Shown here piece by piece: positions 32,759 to 45,367 of a stretch of 64,000 nucleotides of DNA (its first letter is position 1; every line of letters begins with the position of its first letter). The notes below the pieces were generated by a model. That model saw nothing but the letters and a program-made list of their open reading frames with translations, was not told the origin of the DNA and made no database searches. Both the position numbers and the translations under genes were made by a program. The stretch lies in assembly GCA_032718475.1 (NCBI GenBank), contig JAUCBJ010006459.1:36552-100551 (forward strand), given 5' to 3'. Source of the DNA: Nemertoderma westbladi (Eukaryota; Animalia; Xenacoelomorpha).

Positions 32759-34660
32759 TATTGGAAGAGACAGTAACAATACCTGCAATATCCTACTGTA
32801 AAGTTTGTGAATCAAATCATAAATCCGACCTTCTCACCAAAACAGTAAACTCTAAGTAAGCGAATATATTGCAGTATCGATCTCTTATAACCGGTGAGGC
32901 AGAAAACAGTCTACGAGCAGACAAACTTCGATAAAACAAAATCCCGCGCAGCGAATCCTAAAATCAGGCTGACTCACTGACGGACTAAGGGGCTCGTATA
33001 CCTTGCCGCGGTGTGATTTATATGGTTGGGCGAAGAGACGCTAGCTAGGTACAGAGGCAGATATTTGGAGATGTCTAACTAGCGGGCAAAGCATAGTACG
33101 GACAAAGTTAATTTTATATATTTCGAGGTGTAAATAATTTCTAACGCGCGTGTGTTAATTCTGAACGGTCAAACAGTTTTGCTCCTTCACATATATAATT
33201 ACTGGGTACGGTGTGCATTTTACGAATATTCTAATTTTATAACTTGTAGGTCCAATACTCACGAATGATAAGGTTCCTTCCCCTCTTGCGTATTTCCAGG
33301 ACTCAAATTCAGGCATAAGGTTAATGCTACGCCCAGAATTCGGCAATTTTAGGTACCAGGTCCCTGATACTAAGAAGAGATGTGTTAGTTTACTACTGTA
33401 GGCGTACAGTTACTAATAGCTATCCTGGCTCCTATCTAGAATTTTAGTCACCCAGGTAGTCCGGGTAACTTCCTATTAGGGCGTTGGCGGGGACACGGTA
33501 GATGTTAGTATATCCCTGATAGCCTCAATTTATTTGCGCCTAGTACGTAAACTGCCCTACCGCCCGAACGGTACAATCCTAATTCAGGTGAAAACACAGT
33601 AACCCTCCTAGCCTACAAGTTCTGATGTAATGGACACCGTTGTACGGCAAATAGTCACAGACGCACCTGTACTTAGCAAGAGTTAAGCGTACAGTTTGCT
33701 GCACCCTAACCAATTTGTATGCCTTCGTACCGGTGTGCCTACGTCCTATCTGCGTACTAGTATCTGCCTGCGCTCTCCCTCCCCCGTAGGAATGTGAAGG
33801 TCTACTGTGGGTTTTCCTGAATCAAGACAGTACAGTCCCTATGATGTAATTTTGGGCTTACAGCGTGTCACTACGTCTACCTTTTGATCTTTTGGTCTTA
33901 CACTTAGGTAGCAAGGATCGAACGCTGTCTAACCTTTCAGGCGATGGGCGAATAACTCTAAAATGGTATTGCGGGTTGTCTCTCGTCTACATTCCCGTGA
34001 TGTTCCCGTTCATTGCTGCGGCCCGATCTCTAGCCGGCCATCCTGTCCCTGAGTTTGTTCACCGTAGTGAATCCATAGTAAAACAGATAGAAAAGCTGAG
34101 AGAATATTCTGACTTTATTACAGAAGATACAATTATAATACAATGCAATCTGAGAATAAACTAAGCACGACAGAATATTGATAAGATAATCTGTGAAGTA
34201 GAGATGTAAGTGAAGATGTGTAACTAATGAACGAAATCGCACCTTTATATACTAAATTTGTGCCGCAATCAATCGAGAAAATTCTCGATTGTTCTATAGA
34301 TTCTAACAAGGTTTTAAAGATAGCTATTGGTCCAGCTAATATATAACTTGCACGACATTGGTTACAATCAAATAACTACAGCCTCATTGGTACAGACAAA
34401 TGCAATTAATTTGTAGCGGTTAATTTAAATGAGTTGAAATTCTGCACAAAAAATAATTCGCACTTACTAGGATTCGAACTCGATACCTACTACACATATA
34501 ATTTCCAACGCTCTACCAACTGAGCTACTGAACCACTTGACCGATAGATGTACAAATGATAGAACCAATACGAATGAGAACTCAAAGCAATCTTTACAAA
34601 GTTAATTCGAATAAAATAAAATTTTGAAAATCCACGGCATTTAGGGAATATAATTCTATA
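32759..34660 (-). repeat. 5' LTR of element A (1902 bp)
   Basis: Direct repeat of 12781-14680; TATA-like TATATAAA near 34250 and ATATAAA near 33020 on the minus strand. Confidence 0.97.
34448..34534 (-). ncRNA. tRNA-derived Pol III unit within the 5' LTR
   Basis: Same sequence as 14468-14554. Confidence 0.7.
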
Positions 34661-34665
34661 GAGCC

Positions 34666-36048
34666 TAAATTAAGCAGAACTCCTGATGGTTTACCATGTT
34701 ACATATTTTCTAAACTGGCGCGTTGTCTGGCGGCTCCTTTATCTGTAATTTTTAAGGTATCATTTGAATCACACACTTTACCCGACATATGGCGTACAGC
34801 CGATATTATACCCTTATTTAAAAAGGGAGATCCAACTGATCCTTACAATTATCGTCCCATATCACTTACTTGTATTGGTTGTAAAATAATGGAATTATGT
34901 ATAAAAACAGAATTGCTTGATTATCTACTGACAAACCATATAATAACAAAGTCTCAACATGGTTTCATGAAAAGACGGTCTACATGTACACAACTTTTGG
35001 AATCTACAAACCATTGGTACAAACAGCTTGATAATCGCAATTCCGTTGATATAATTTATGTAGATCTAGCTAAGGCCTTTGACTCTGTGGTACATAACAA
35101 GTTGGTGCATAAGTTGTCTTGCTATGGTATATCAGGTAATTTATTATTATGGATTAGGGCTTTTCTTTCCAATCGCACGCAACGCGTGGTTGTTGGAAAT
35201 CAGCATTCGATAACTTGTGACGTCATTTCCGGCACCCCCCAGGGTAGTGTATTGGGTCCCCTTCTCTTCCTGTTGTTTGTAAACGACCTGCCAGACATAA
35301 TTAGTCCAGTTACCTGTCAGCTGTTTGCCGACGATTTGAAAATGTATGCGAAGAGTGATGATAGTCATCTTTTAATTTCAGCTATTCAGAGGTTGGAATT
35401 TTGGACCAAAAACTGGCAGCTTAAAATAGCAGTTGATAAATGTAGAGTTATCCATGTGGGTGCAAAGAAAGTGAATGGTGCAGTCGATTTTTATTTGAAT
35501 GACATTTTAATTAATTCTGATTGTAAGTTCAAAGACCTAGGTGTCCTTATTGCTGATAATTTAAAGTTTGAACTACATTGTAAGGAGAAGGTTTCTAAGG
35601 CTCTCAAAATCGTTAATTTAATATTTCGTTGTTTTTATACAGATAATATGAGTGCATTGTTGAAAGCGTATACAAGTTATGTCAGACCTATACTTGAATA
35701 TTGCACCCCTATTTGGTCACCGTTTCAATTGGGTAGTATAGATCTAGTTGAACGCGTGCAGCGTTATTTTACACGCAGGTTATACGCCCGTTGTGGCCTG
35801 AGTCGTAATAATTATATTAAACGTTTAGAGTTTTTAAATTTGCAGCCACTGGAGGTCCGTAGAATTATATTTGATTTAAAAATGACTTACAATATTATTA
35901 ATAATGGTGTTGATTTAGATTTTAATTCATTTTTTACTGCATCGTGTCATTCTACGCGTAGCAATGGTTATAAATTATTTATAAATCGTTATAGACTCCA
36001 GATTACTAAGTACAGTTTTGCAAACCGAGTAGTGCCAATTTGGAATAG
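34666..36048 (+). pseudogene. LINE ORF2 part 2: reverse transcriptase
   Basis: NYRPISLT, QHGF, DLAKAFDSV, GTPQGSVLGPLLF, FADD, KDLGV, YVRPILEY. Confidence 0.95.
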
Positions 36049-39000
36049 ATAGATAGATTTATTTATACATTATGTAAAAACAATAACAAATACACCAAAC
36101 AATGTACCGGTATAAAGGTATTGTCCAACATAACATATAGGATTACCCCTAAAGCTTTGCAGCTTATTTCCAAGGGGGTCCTTTATGTTACTTGGTTACA
36201 AATACAATATTACACTACGCTAACCTAAAACCAATATAAAACGTAATTACACTATGTACATGTACAACTTTACCGAGAGCGTGACAATGTCCGACTCAAC
36301 GATAAAGATGTAATGTACAGAACAATTTATTATAAAACGTAATTACAGTATAAATAGTAAATAATTAATAAACTAATAACTTACTGTAGGACTATTGTAC
36401 CTATTTTTACATTGCACACGGAGATGAGATTTAACTGCAGATTTAAAAGAATGTTGATTATTTAGGTTTTTAATTTCATTAGGCAGAGCGTTCCAATTTT
36501 TTATGCCGTTAAAAAAGAAAGTATCAGATTCAAAGGATTTACAATTCGGGAGGTAGAAGTTTGAAGCACTAGCTCTGGTACTGTAAGAGTGTGTATCGCG
36601 TACTCTGTTGAATTTTTGTTTTAGGTAATTGGGACATTTACCATTATACACTTTATGCACATGGTTAAGGCGTAGCTGCTTAACTCTACTATCTAAGTTA
36701 AGTAGTCCAGATTCAGAAAAGTCATCTGGAGTTAGGTGGTGCCTAGGTTTGTAGTCTTTAATAAATCGTACTACTTTATTCTGAGCTACTTGTAATTTAC
36801 ATTTAAGCTGTTTGGTTAAGCCTTCATACCAAGAAGAGCACGCATAGTCCATGTGACACTGTATTAAAGAAGAGCAAAGTAACTTGCGGGAGTCGGTGTT
36901 CAAACTATTTTTATTTCTGTATAGAAACCTAAGCCTACTGTTAACTTTCGAGAAAATATTTTTCACTGTACTTTCTCCTGATAAGCAGTTATCCAATGTG
37001 GCGCCTAAATATTTAACTTCCTTTTTATTTTCAATCTTATGTCCATTACTAGTGACTTCAAACTTAGTTACCTTCTTTAACTTTCTTTTGGAACCAAACA
37101 AAATACTTTCAGTTTTACCGTAGTGAATGGATAGCTTATTATCAACCAACCACTCATTACAGGATTCTAGAACTGCACTTAACTTTTGGGAAATATGGAT
37201 AGGATCTTTATGAGAGAAAATAAGAGCACTGTCGTCGGCATATAAAATGAGTTTAAAATCGGGATCTATACTACTTATCATATCATTTACATAGCATACA
37301 AAAAGCAGAGGACCTAATATACTACCTTGCGGTACACCACAGGTAATCTCTTGTACAGTAGACAGCGATTTGCTAATGACTACAGTTTGACCTCTGTCTG
37401 ACAGGTAGGACTTGAACCAGTCTATAGAACCTACACCCATCAGGCCTAACTTACCAAGCAGAATTTCGTGATCTACAGTATCGAAAGCCTTTTGTAGGTC
37501 CAACATTACCATACCAGTATATAAACCCTTTGCGTTATTACATCTAATTGTATCAGTTAAGTTAATAAGGCAGGTGTCTGTAGAATATGATTTACGAAAA
37601 CCGGACTGAAGTTCATAGATCAGATTTAGCCTACTAAGATGTGCCTCCAGCTGTAGAAAAACAGAACGTTCTAGAATTTTAGATACAATACTTAAGATAC
37701 TAACAGGTCTGTAATTACAGGGTTCTACTTTACTATTCTTTTTATACAGAGGAACAACCTTAGCTAATTTCAGTTCGTCTGGTACTACATTATCTACGAT
37801 AGAGTAATTAATAATAAAAGTAATAGGCACTTTAAGTACTTCAGCACCATCCTTAAGAAAACGGGCAGGTATTAGATCTAGACCGGTACTTTTTGAGGCT
37901 GATAGGCTAAGTAGATTTTTAAAAACGAAATCCTCAGAAACGGGTTTTAAAAATAACTTTTCTGAATTTTGTAACTTTTCTAAATAAAAATTTTTTAGAG
38001 TTTCGGACCCTATACTATATTTATTACTTGATAACGGTAATTTCTTAACTAAATTAGAGGCAACATTAGTAAAATAATTATTAAATAAATTACTAACTAG
38101 AGTATGATCATGAATCAGCTCACCGTTATCTTGCAGAACAATATTCGATTTAGATTTGAGGTTTTTATAACCTAAAGATTTTAGGGTAGACCATAGACTT
38201 TTAGGATTATCTTTATTCTCACTTATTTTGTTGTACAAATATTCAGATTTAGCTTTTTTTATTTCCCGTTGGACAAGGTTTCTATATTTGCAGTAATTAT
38301 TATAATCAGCTAAAACACGGTATTTCCTAAATTTATACAAATAGTTATCTCTTTCTCTGATATTACTAAGAATACCCGAGGTCATCCAGGGCTCAGTGCG
38401 TTGTTTAAGACTAATTTCTTTAATTGGTGCTACAGTATTAAGTGCCTTTAAAAATATATCTTTAAAAACAGTGTACGCAAGGTTAATGCCAGCGGCCTTA
38501 AAACAGGGTTCCCAGTCAGAATTAACTAACAAACTTAAAAAGCGTTCCTTGCTGTAATTTTTCATAGACCTAACTGTTACTGTTTTATGATCCCCGAAAA
38601 AAGATTTTTGTGTCTTTCTTGTGCAAAAAACTATAAAATGATCGCTTAGACCTATAGGTAAAACCCCAGATTGAGAAATAATATCGGTATTATTACAAAG
38701 GATGTGATCTAGTAAAGTAGAAGTTTTACTGGTAATTCTGGTAGAATCTCGAATAATTTGTTTTAAACCAAACAAATTTAAAATACTTTGGTACTGTTTA
38801 CAGATGGGGGATGCTTTGTGATGGTAACAGATATTAAAATCACCTAAGAAATATATTTCACAGTCTGACCTAAGATTACATAAAATTGTATTTTCAAAAT
38901 TTTGCAAAAAATCTGATTGTTTAGGGGGCCGATATAAAGTACCGATTAAAATAGGTTTAGTTTTAGGAAGTAAAAGTTCCACCAGTAAAACTTCGTCACA

Positions 39001-40007
39001 AGTCTCTAAATCTTCCCTACGATTAAAAGCTAAATCACATCGAATGTAAGTACAGACACCACCACCGTGTCTGTCCCTATCCTTACGTAAAACTACGTAA
39101 TTATCAATATAAATTTCTCCATCAGAAACACTATCATCGAGCCAAGTTTCAGAGATTGTTAAAACTGCTGGGTTGGATTTATTGATTAAAATACGAATTT
39201 CGGAAAGTTTTGGAAGCAGAGATCGTGCGTTTAAGTGCAAAAAATGCAGACCTTTTTTCTTAAAAAAATTAAAAGTTTCACTCTCAGCATCACTTGGAGT
39301 TTGCAGAGGCGATGTGAGAAATGAATCGTCGGTTTCTGATTCTAAAATTGTATCATGAAAGGGAAGTTCGGTAAAAATACAGCTATTGCAGAGAAAACTT
39401 GGTTCAAGATTGTTTCTGGTGGAGAATAAATTACTGCGTTTCCTACGGTAACATTTTAAATGTACAAATGTGTCACAACTCTCGCATTGGACGATCTTAC
39501 TCCGAGAGTTTGTTCCTCGTTGACAGACGGGACAGTTGATCTTCGGGGCCCGCGTCCTGCTGGGTCCTGGGTTGGTCTCAATATCCCCAGCCAGAGACAG
39601 TAGACAGAGTTTAGCGATTAGGCCTCTAGATCGTGGAGAGGAGACCCAAGATCTTCTTCCCCGACGAGAGCAGTAGAGGCTAAATCCACTCGTCGACCAC
39701 ATCTCCGTCGATTCGGCGCGGCAGTTCGAAACGGTAGCGACAGGGTGTTCCGCAAACCAGTCCAATACGGGTATTGGGTGGGTTGCAGGGTTACCCCGCG
39801 GATCGGATGGTTCTGCCACAACGAAACGACCCAGAACGATGAAAACTGTGGAGATTAAGAGCGGGGACATTGTGCTGTCTGGCTGTAGTCTGACTCAGGG
39901 ATAAAAACTGTATAGGCCTAGTACCGGTATCTTTCTTGGTCTTATTGTCGGCAGGCCTACAGCTTATTCTCAGAGGTATGTAACAGACATAAAGTACTCT
40001 CTATATA
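36049..40007 (-). mobile_element. Single-ORF L2/Crack/Daphne-group LINE, apparently full length
   Basis: TSD GAATAG at 36043-36048 and 40008-40013; 3' tail AATAAA(TCTA)n. Confidence 0.92.
36373..39870 (-). CDS. 1165-aa LINE polyprotein: hydrophobic leader, 2A-like peptide, PHD finger, APE endonuclease, RT
   Basis: [14 protein letters not shown]; CPVC..QCESC..H.KC..CNSC; HLNARSL, SETWL, GDFN, SDH; [28 protein letters not shown]; uninterrupted. Confidence 0.96.
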   Translation of the reverse strand: MSPLLISTVFIVLGRFVVAEPSDPRGNPATHPIPVLDWFAEHPVATVSNCRAESTEMWSTSGFSLYCSRRGRRSWVSSPRSRGLIAKLCLLSLAGDIETNPGPSRTRAPKINCPVCQRGTNSRSKIVQCESCDTFVHLKCYRRKRSNLFSTRNNLEPSFLCNSCIFTELPFHDTILESETDDSFLTSPLQTPSDAESETFNFFKKKGLHFLHLNARSLLPKLSEIRILINKSNPAVLTISETWLDDSVSDGEIYIDNYVVLRKDRDRHGGGVCTYIRCDLAFNRREDLETCDEVLLVELLLPKTKPILIGTLYRPPKQSDFLQNFENTILCNLRSDCEIYFLGDFNICYHHKASPICKQYQSILNLFGLKQIIRDSTRITSKTSTLLDHILCNNTDIISQSGVLPIGLSDHFIVFCTRKTQKSFFGDHKTVTVRSMKNYSKERFLSLLVNSDWEPCFKAAGINLAYTVFKDIFLKALNTVAPIKEISLKQRTEPWMTSGILSNIRERDNYLYKFRKYRVLADYNNYCKYRNLVQREIKKAKSEYLYNKISENKDNPKSLWSTLKSLGYKNLKSKSNIVLQDNGELIHDHTLVSNLFNNYFTNVASNLVKKLPLSSNKYSIGSETLKNFYLEKLQNSEKLFLKPVSEDFVFKNLLSLSASKSTGLDLIPARFLKDGAEVLKVPITFIINYSIVDNVVPDELKLAKVVPLYKKNSKVEPCNYRPVSILSIVSKILERSVFLQLEAHLSRLNLIYELQSGFRKSYSTDTCLINLTDTIRCNNAKGLYTGMVMLDLQKAFDTVDHEILLGKLGLMGVGSIDWFKSYLSDRGQTVVISKSLSTVQEITCGVPQGSILGPLLFVCYVNDMISSIDPDFKLILYADDSALIFSHKDPIHISQKLSAVLESCNEWLVDNKLSIHYGKTESILFGSKRKLKKVTKFEVTSNGHKIENKKEVKYLGATLDNCLSGESTVKNIFSKVNSRLRFLYRNKNSLNTDSRKLLCSSLIQCHMDYACSSWYEGLTKQLKCKLQVAQNKVVRFIKDYKPRHHLTPDDFSESGLLNLDSRVKQLRLNHVHKVYNGKCPNYLKQKFNRVRDTHSYSTRASASNFYLPNCKSFESDTFFFNGIKNWNALPNEIKNLNNQHSFKSAVKSHLRVQCKNRYNSPTVSY

Positions 40008-40013
40008 GAATAG

Positions 40014-40116
40014 TTTGCCGCCAGACGTTGTAAACGCGCACAGTTTAAATATTTTTTCAAGAAAATTGCGTAACGTAGAACTAATGCAACACTGTCTTTT
40101 TGACAGACATTTGTAA
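40014..40116 (+). pseudogene. LINE ORF2 part 3 (C-terminus)
   Basis: (WNS)LPPDVVNAHSLNIFSRKL...DRHL*. Confidence 0.88.
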
Positions 40117-40786
40117 ATATTTTTAATTTGTATATACTCTCATGTGCATTTTTTAAATTCTCATATATTTGTGCCCATTTTTTTAAAATCTGCTTCATCA
40201 CACACTGTTGTTCATGGTTACATATTTGTTATTTTATGCTACTACGTACGCTTATTTGTTGTAGGGGGCCTAATTACATAACGTTTTTATCAGTTTATTG
40301 CATCATAAATTAAAATAATTTTAAATTACTTACTGTTATACTGTATATTTAGTAAAGGTTTCGAAATGAGTATTCCGATCCGATGCTAGGTTACCTATTA
40401 GTGCTCCCGGAAGGGAACCTTGGTGATTTTCTCCCTTTAATTTTAATATTTTAATCTGTGTTTTTCCGATTTAAATTTTAATATTAATTGTGAAATAAAT
40501 AAATAAAATCCTGTAACCATGGAGAGTTGGTTAGTTCTACAGCGCAGTACAGTACCGGTAGCTGAGTAGGCCTACATCAGTACATTGGTAATATACTCTA
40601 CACTGTGCCCGGTAATTGCCGGTAAATGCCTACATCTGTCTGTCTGTACAATGTACAGTCTGTCAGTCTGTACATGTCTCTACAGCACTAGGCCTACTGC
40701 GGTACTGGAGCAGGCTGACAGGCAGACTGCTGGACTAGTAACAGGTACAGGCCTAACCGAACAGCTGATCGGGCAACTCTGATCAG

Positions 40787-40977
40787 GTAATTTATTTTGG
40801 AGGATATGGAAAACCGCCATTTAATTTAAATATGTAATTGACATCTTACAGTTGTATGATTAAGTCCGGTACTTTCCCATAAGTGTGTTATTTTTTGGTG
40901 TAGATTTTAATTACAGCTACAGTATTCTATTGTGTTCTGCTGTGTTCTACTGTGTTCTGCTGTGTTCTGTAAAAAGA
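40787..40977 (-). repeat. Right arm of the inverted repeat pair (partner 10993-11225)
   Basis: Reverse-complement match. Confidence 0.85.
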
Positions 40978-41568
40978 ACTGTCCTCAAAGATTTATCATA
41001 TTCATGCAGGAGATAACTTCCAATAAACTTTAATTTGTTATAAATGTATAATTAATACTAGGTACCTGTTAATAAATTTCACTTATATTCGATATAGTAC
41101 ATGATTAAAATGTATAAATGAGCATCCATAAAATCCTTTCTTCACATACCGAACGCTGATAAGTTGAAATAATGTATCAAAATTACATACATCATTGCTT
41201 GCAAAGGTCACTTTTCAGCGTTTAAAGACCTTTGTTTATTTATGTAAACTTCCCTCGCTGCGCTCGCTCGGTACATAAATAAACTCGGGTCGTAACGCTG
41301 CAAAGTCCTACTTTGCACACAATTATGTAAATAGTTATGTTATTCAATATATATAGTATAGTAAAAGTTGCATGTGGTAAAGTTGTAAGATTTGACTCTC
41401 TGCTGGACTATGTACTGAAACACATGGCACACTTTACACGTCCATCAATGCCATCCAATTGAGAGATACAATACCGGAATATTGTTTACCTGTCATGTGA
41501 CTTGCATTCTTTATCACGGAAATAGCATTTAATCCATTCATATATTTTTATCAGATTCAATTATATTC

Positions 41569-41800
41569 TTTATTTAGCCATGAATTACATAGTATACTTA
41601 TATACTATTACTTTATACACATTTGTTTATAAACACTCTGTAGGTAGGAGTATTAATTTATCAGTATGGGGAGACATTAACAAATTTATTTAGCCATGAA
41701 TTACATAGTATACTTATATACTATTACTTTATACACATTTGTTTATAAACACTCTGTAGGTAGGAGTATTAATTTATCAGTATGGGGAGACATTAACAAA
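41569..41800. repeat. 116-bp tandem duplication
   Basis: Two apparently identical adjacent copies. Confidence 0.9.
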
Positions 41801-41921
41801 CTATCACTTGTATTGTGCTTAGAGTTGTATTTAGCATCTAATATAGGTAAGGTATTAACATACTAACACCTCCTCTCTATTACTGTTTACAGTAGTACTG
41901 TAGTGTTATTCATATTTAGGT

Positions 41922-42150
41922 CCCGCCCATGTGAAGAATACCAGGTTTTCACTTTTCGTTCGAAATTCTATTAGAATTTTATATAAGAAGAATTTGTATT
42001 TTTCAAAATTTTAGCGCTCATTTCTGTCTTATTATCTGTATATAATATACTTTATTTGTTTATTGTTTTGGTTAGAATCAGCCCTTTTAAAAACTATTGT
42101 TTTACTGAAAACCTGGTATTCTTCACATGGGGTAAACTGCAAAGTGAAAT
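41922..42150. repeat. Dispersed non-autonomous repeat with internal CCATGTGAAGAATACCAG inverted motifs; inverted copy at ~47205-47465
   Basis: Reverse-complement similarity between the two loci. Confidence 0.65.
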
Positions 42151-42191
42151 ATAATAGTAAATGGTCGCGAAATTATTTTTATGATCGATTA

Positions 42192-42391
42192 TCAAATCAA
42201 ATCAAACAGAGAAGCCGGAGACAACCCGAAGGCTCCTCTTTCGATAGCCTATCCCAAGATTTGCTCCCAGTTATTTAACTGGTACTCACTTTATCGACCC
42301 CAGTGGATGAAAGGCTGAGTGGACCCTGGCGGGGCTGAACCTACAACCACTAGATTGCAGGACCGGCGCCAACCTACTGAGCTACCTCACC
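42192..42391 (-). mobile_element. tRNA-derived SINE with Meta-like core and (TTTGA)n tail
   Basis: GGTGAGGTAGCTCAGTAGG...GGTTCAGCCCC head, then CACTCAGCCTTTCATCC..GGGGTCGATAAAGTGAGTACCAG, matching the MetaSINE/Sauria core as I recall it. Confidence 0.75.
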
Positions 42392-43187
42392 TTTTAGTCC
42401 ATGGTCGATTATACTGCACGATTAAATGGCGTTTCTAAATCTGAAAACCGCTATTTAGTTTCTTTTAGTTTTCAAGTTATAACAATTTCCATTTAGGGAG
42501 ACCTATTGAAATTACTATTACTATGTACAGTATAATGAAAGGTCGATTATCTCCAAATATTTTTTTTTATAAAATTGTCAACTTCAAAACCCTATTACAC
42601 TTTCATAATTTTTGAGCAATTAGTTTGAAAATTTCTGTGCGTGTCTACATATGTGTATGTATGTATGTTTAATATTGACGAACTGAAAACAAAAATAAAT
42701 ACCAAAAGCACAGATCTGACTAGAGGGTCGTCCAATAGAAAACATATAATTACAATACAGTAAATAATAATGGAGCCTAGGAACAAAGCAACCCTGCATA
42801 AAAGCATTAGACAACCTTTTGACATTTTTTGTTAATAAAATATAATACTATTTATAACAAACCTAGGAAATTAACATAAATTTAGCGGTCTAGAATAGAT
42901 TTAATGCCCCATCCCCCATCCTTGGTTTATCATATAAAAAACTTTCATGTGATTAGATGCAAAAATGTTAAATCGTTAGGGATTTAAGCGCAACCAAGTT
43001 TTTTTTGTTGTTAACTAGTATTAACTAATATTAAATAGCGAAAAATATGAATTTTCTAATTTCTCAGGTAGAATATCATCTTAGGTACGTATATGTCTAT
43101 ATAGGTTCTAAATTACCCGCATGTAGTTTAAATAAATTATTATTTTTTTGTTAATTAATAACTATTTATTTTACAAAATGAAACAAA

Positions 43188-43602
43188 TATAAAGTATTGA
43201 GGGTTTTTAGCTGGTTAAATTATATTAAATAAAGATACAATAGTAAACGTTTTCGACCTACCGGTCTGCATCAGACTATGTACTGGCAACTAACAGGAAA
43301 AGGTGGGGGTCTATATATATATATATAAGTTTTAAAGGGGAATACGATAGGTGAATCCCAGAAAGGTTAACATGTAGGCCTATGTATAAATAATGTAAGG
43401 TAAGGTCTCTTTCTGGGATTCACCTATCAGGTATTCCCCTTTAAAAACTTATATATATATATATATATAGACCCCCACATTTTCCTGTTAGTTGCCAGTA
43501 CATAGTCTGATGCAGACCGGTAGGTCGAAAACGTTTACTACAGTATTGTATATTTATTTAATATAATATAATATAACCAGCTAAAGACCCTGAATACTTT
43601 AT
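43188..43602. mobile_element. Palindrome of ~180-bp arms with a hammerhead-like motif in each arm; Penelope-like pseudo-LTR derivative
   Basis: Arms ~43188-43366 and ~43408-43602; TAGT-CTGATGC-AGACC-GGTA-GGTC-GAAA-ACGTTT-ACTA at 43503-43540. Confidence 0.7.
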
Positions 43603-45239
43603 ATTTTTTTCTATCATCTATTCACTATGCTACCGCTGGTGAATGCCTACCACTTCATTCGTTCGTTTACAAAAAGAAAGTCATAGTTTTATGTCAGACT
43701 TTATAATTCACATTTTCAAAGAATAGTTAAAGCATATTTTTAAAAATGCTTTACTATTTCGCGGAAATGTGTATTATAAGATAAACAAAAAAGACTTTCT
43801 TTTCCCCCTGTTCCACAACCTACTGTAATAATCTGTGAATAATTTATTGTTCTCATAGGAAAAATATGCATACACCCCTGCCCTGCTGCTGGTAGCAGTA
43901 CCTACACTGTAGTATGAATACAGAATACTCTAGGAAGTGGGTGGGTTGTGGGTAATACTGAAATGCACCATGTTTATGCATACTGACTCTAACAGGGCAT
44001 TGGGCATTAGGCAGTTAGGCTTACAGTAACTACAAGTGAATTAAAACAAGAGAGGTAATTGGCCTACAATTAATAGGTCTTTATGAAACTGGACCGATCA
44101 ATAATTCAACTCACAAGCGTTACCCTGGTTACTATCATCTTGAAGAAGGAATTGGGTTGCGTATGTCCATGTGTGTGAGTACTACACTAGTACGTTGGGT
44201 GGATAGATCAATATATTACTCACGGCCTGGGAAGCAAACCGTATGCTGGAATACAATATAATACTGCGTTAGGTTGTGCAGTATGTAGCCTGTTAAGCAA
44301 TAACCACTCTGCATTAATTAAGTTGTTATTCGGTTATATAATAATTATATAGGGGTGAACGGTGCTACTGTATACATACATGTATGTACCATAAGCCAAG
44401 CCGGTAGGCCTATACAGTATTCCTACAATATTCCTAACTCTCGTTTTATTGTTTTGGTTCCTTTCAATTCAACCTGCCTCTGTAACCTGCTTCTTTACTA
44501 ACCTGCCTACAAGAAGTATACTGTAGGTGTACCGGTATAGACATGGCGTTTGCCTTGCCCCCTGGAATTATTGTTCAGTAAACTGTAATCAATCGAATTT
44601 TCTCTGTATGTTCAAAATATATATATATAGAATATATATATAATATAATAGGATCAAAATATATTTCTACACGGATTTTTTGATTTTTCTATAAAAGTGA
44701 AGATGAAACGATTTCTCTCAATTTATTCAAGAATTATCGCTTAATTTCATATCCATAAACAATAAATTTTACGGGTAAGTTACCATAGAGTTCACACTTG
44801 TTCAAATATACACACAATAGAATACGATTTGAAATACAGTATAGGCCTACTGTGGGTGTAAACGATATACCGACAACCGACAGCCGACATCCACTGCCGA
44901 CAACAGCAATATGAAAATGTAACCCTAAAGAAAAGTAATTCTGGTTTATTGTTTTGGTTAGAAAAACCTTCCACTGTAATCTGTTCCTTTCCCTCAATTA
45001 ATAAATAACATTAATTAGCTTTAATAGTGGTTGTCGGCGTTGTCAGCGTTTGACGTTTACACCCACCTACTGTGTGTTTGCCATAATTGAGTTGTAAAAG
45101 GTTTAATTTCTAAATAGAGTAGGCTATTCAGCACTTGGTCCGGATTAAGGTGGGTGCATCGGGTACAGGTGCACCCGTGCGCCAGGTGCCGCCATGGAAG
45201 GGGCAGCCAGGGGCCTTGTTACAAAAAAATATTGTCAGC

Positions 45240-45367
45240 TGTAAAATAACTAACTACCGGTAATACCAATGCGTCCTTTAATACATTAATATATTATTAA
45301 TACTTATATTTATTATTATTACTTATAGTATTAAAAGACGCCTTGGGTACTACTAATTATTTTTACA
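45240..45367. repeat. Small imperfect AT-rich palindrome (MITE-like)
   Basis: TGTAAAATAA...GCGTCCTTTAATAC paired with GTATTAAAAGACGC...TTTTTACA. Confidence 0.5.

Larger units (their letters stand above)
12781..34660 (-). mobile_element. BEL/Pao LTR retrotransposon, element A, both LTRs present (21.9 kb including a 3.3-kb nested DNA transposon)
   Basis: Two ~1.9-kb direct LTRs; 5-bp TSD GAGCC at 12776-12780 and 34661-34665; gag-PR-RT-RH-IN order. Confidence 0.97.
11226..40330 (+). mobile_element. CR1/L2-group LINE (5'-truncated in ORF1), interrupted by two insertions; 3' end approximate
   Basis: ORF2 reads continuously across both insertions: LRKLEP|KLSRTPDGLP and VVPIWN|SLPPDVVNAHSL. Confidence 0.9.
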
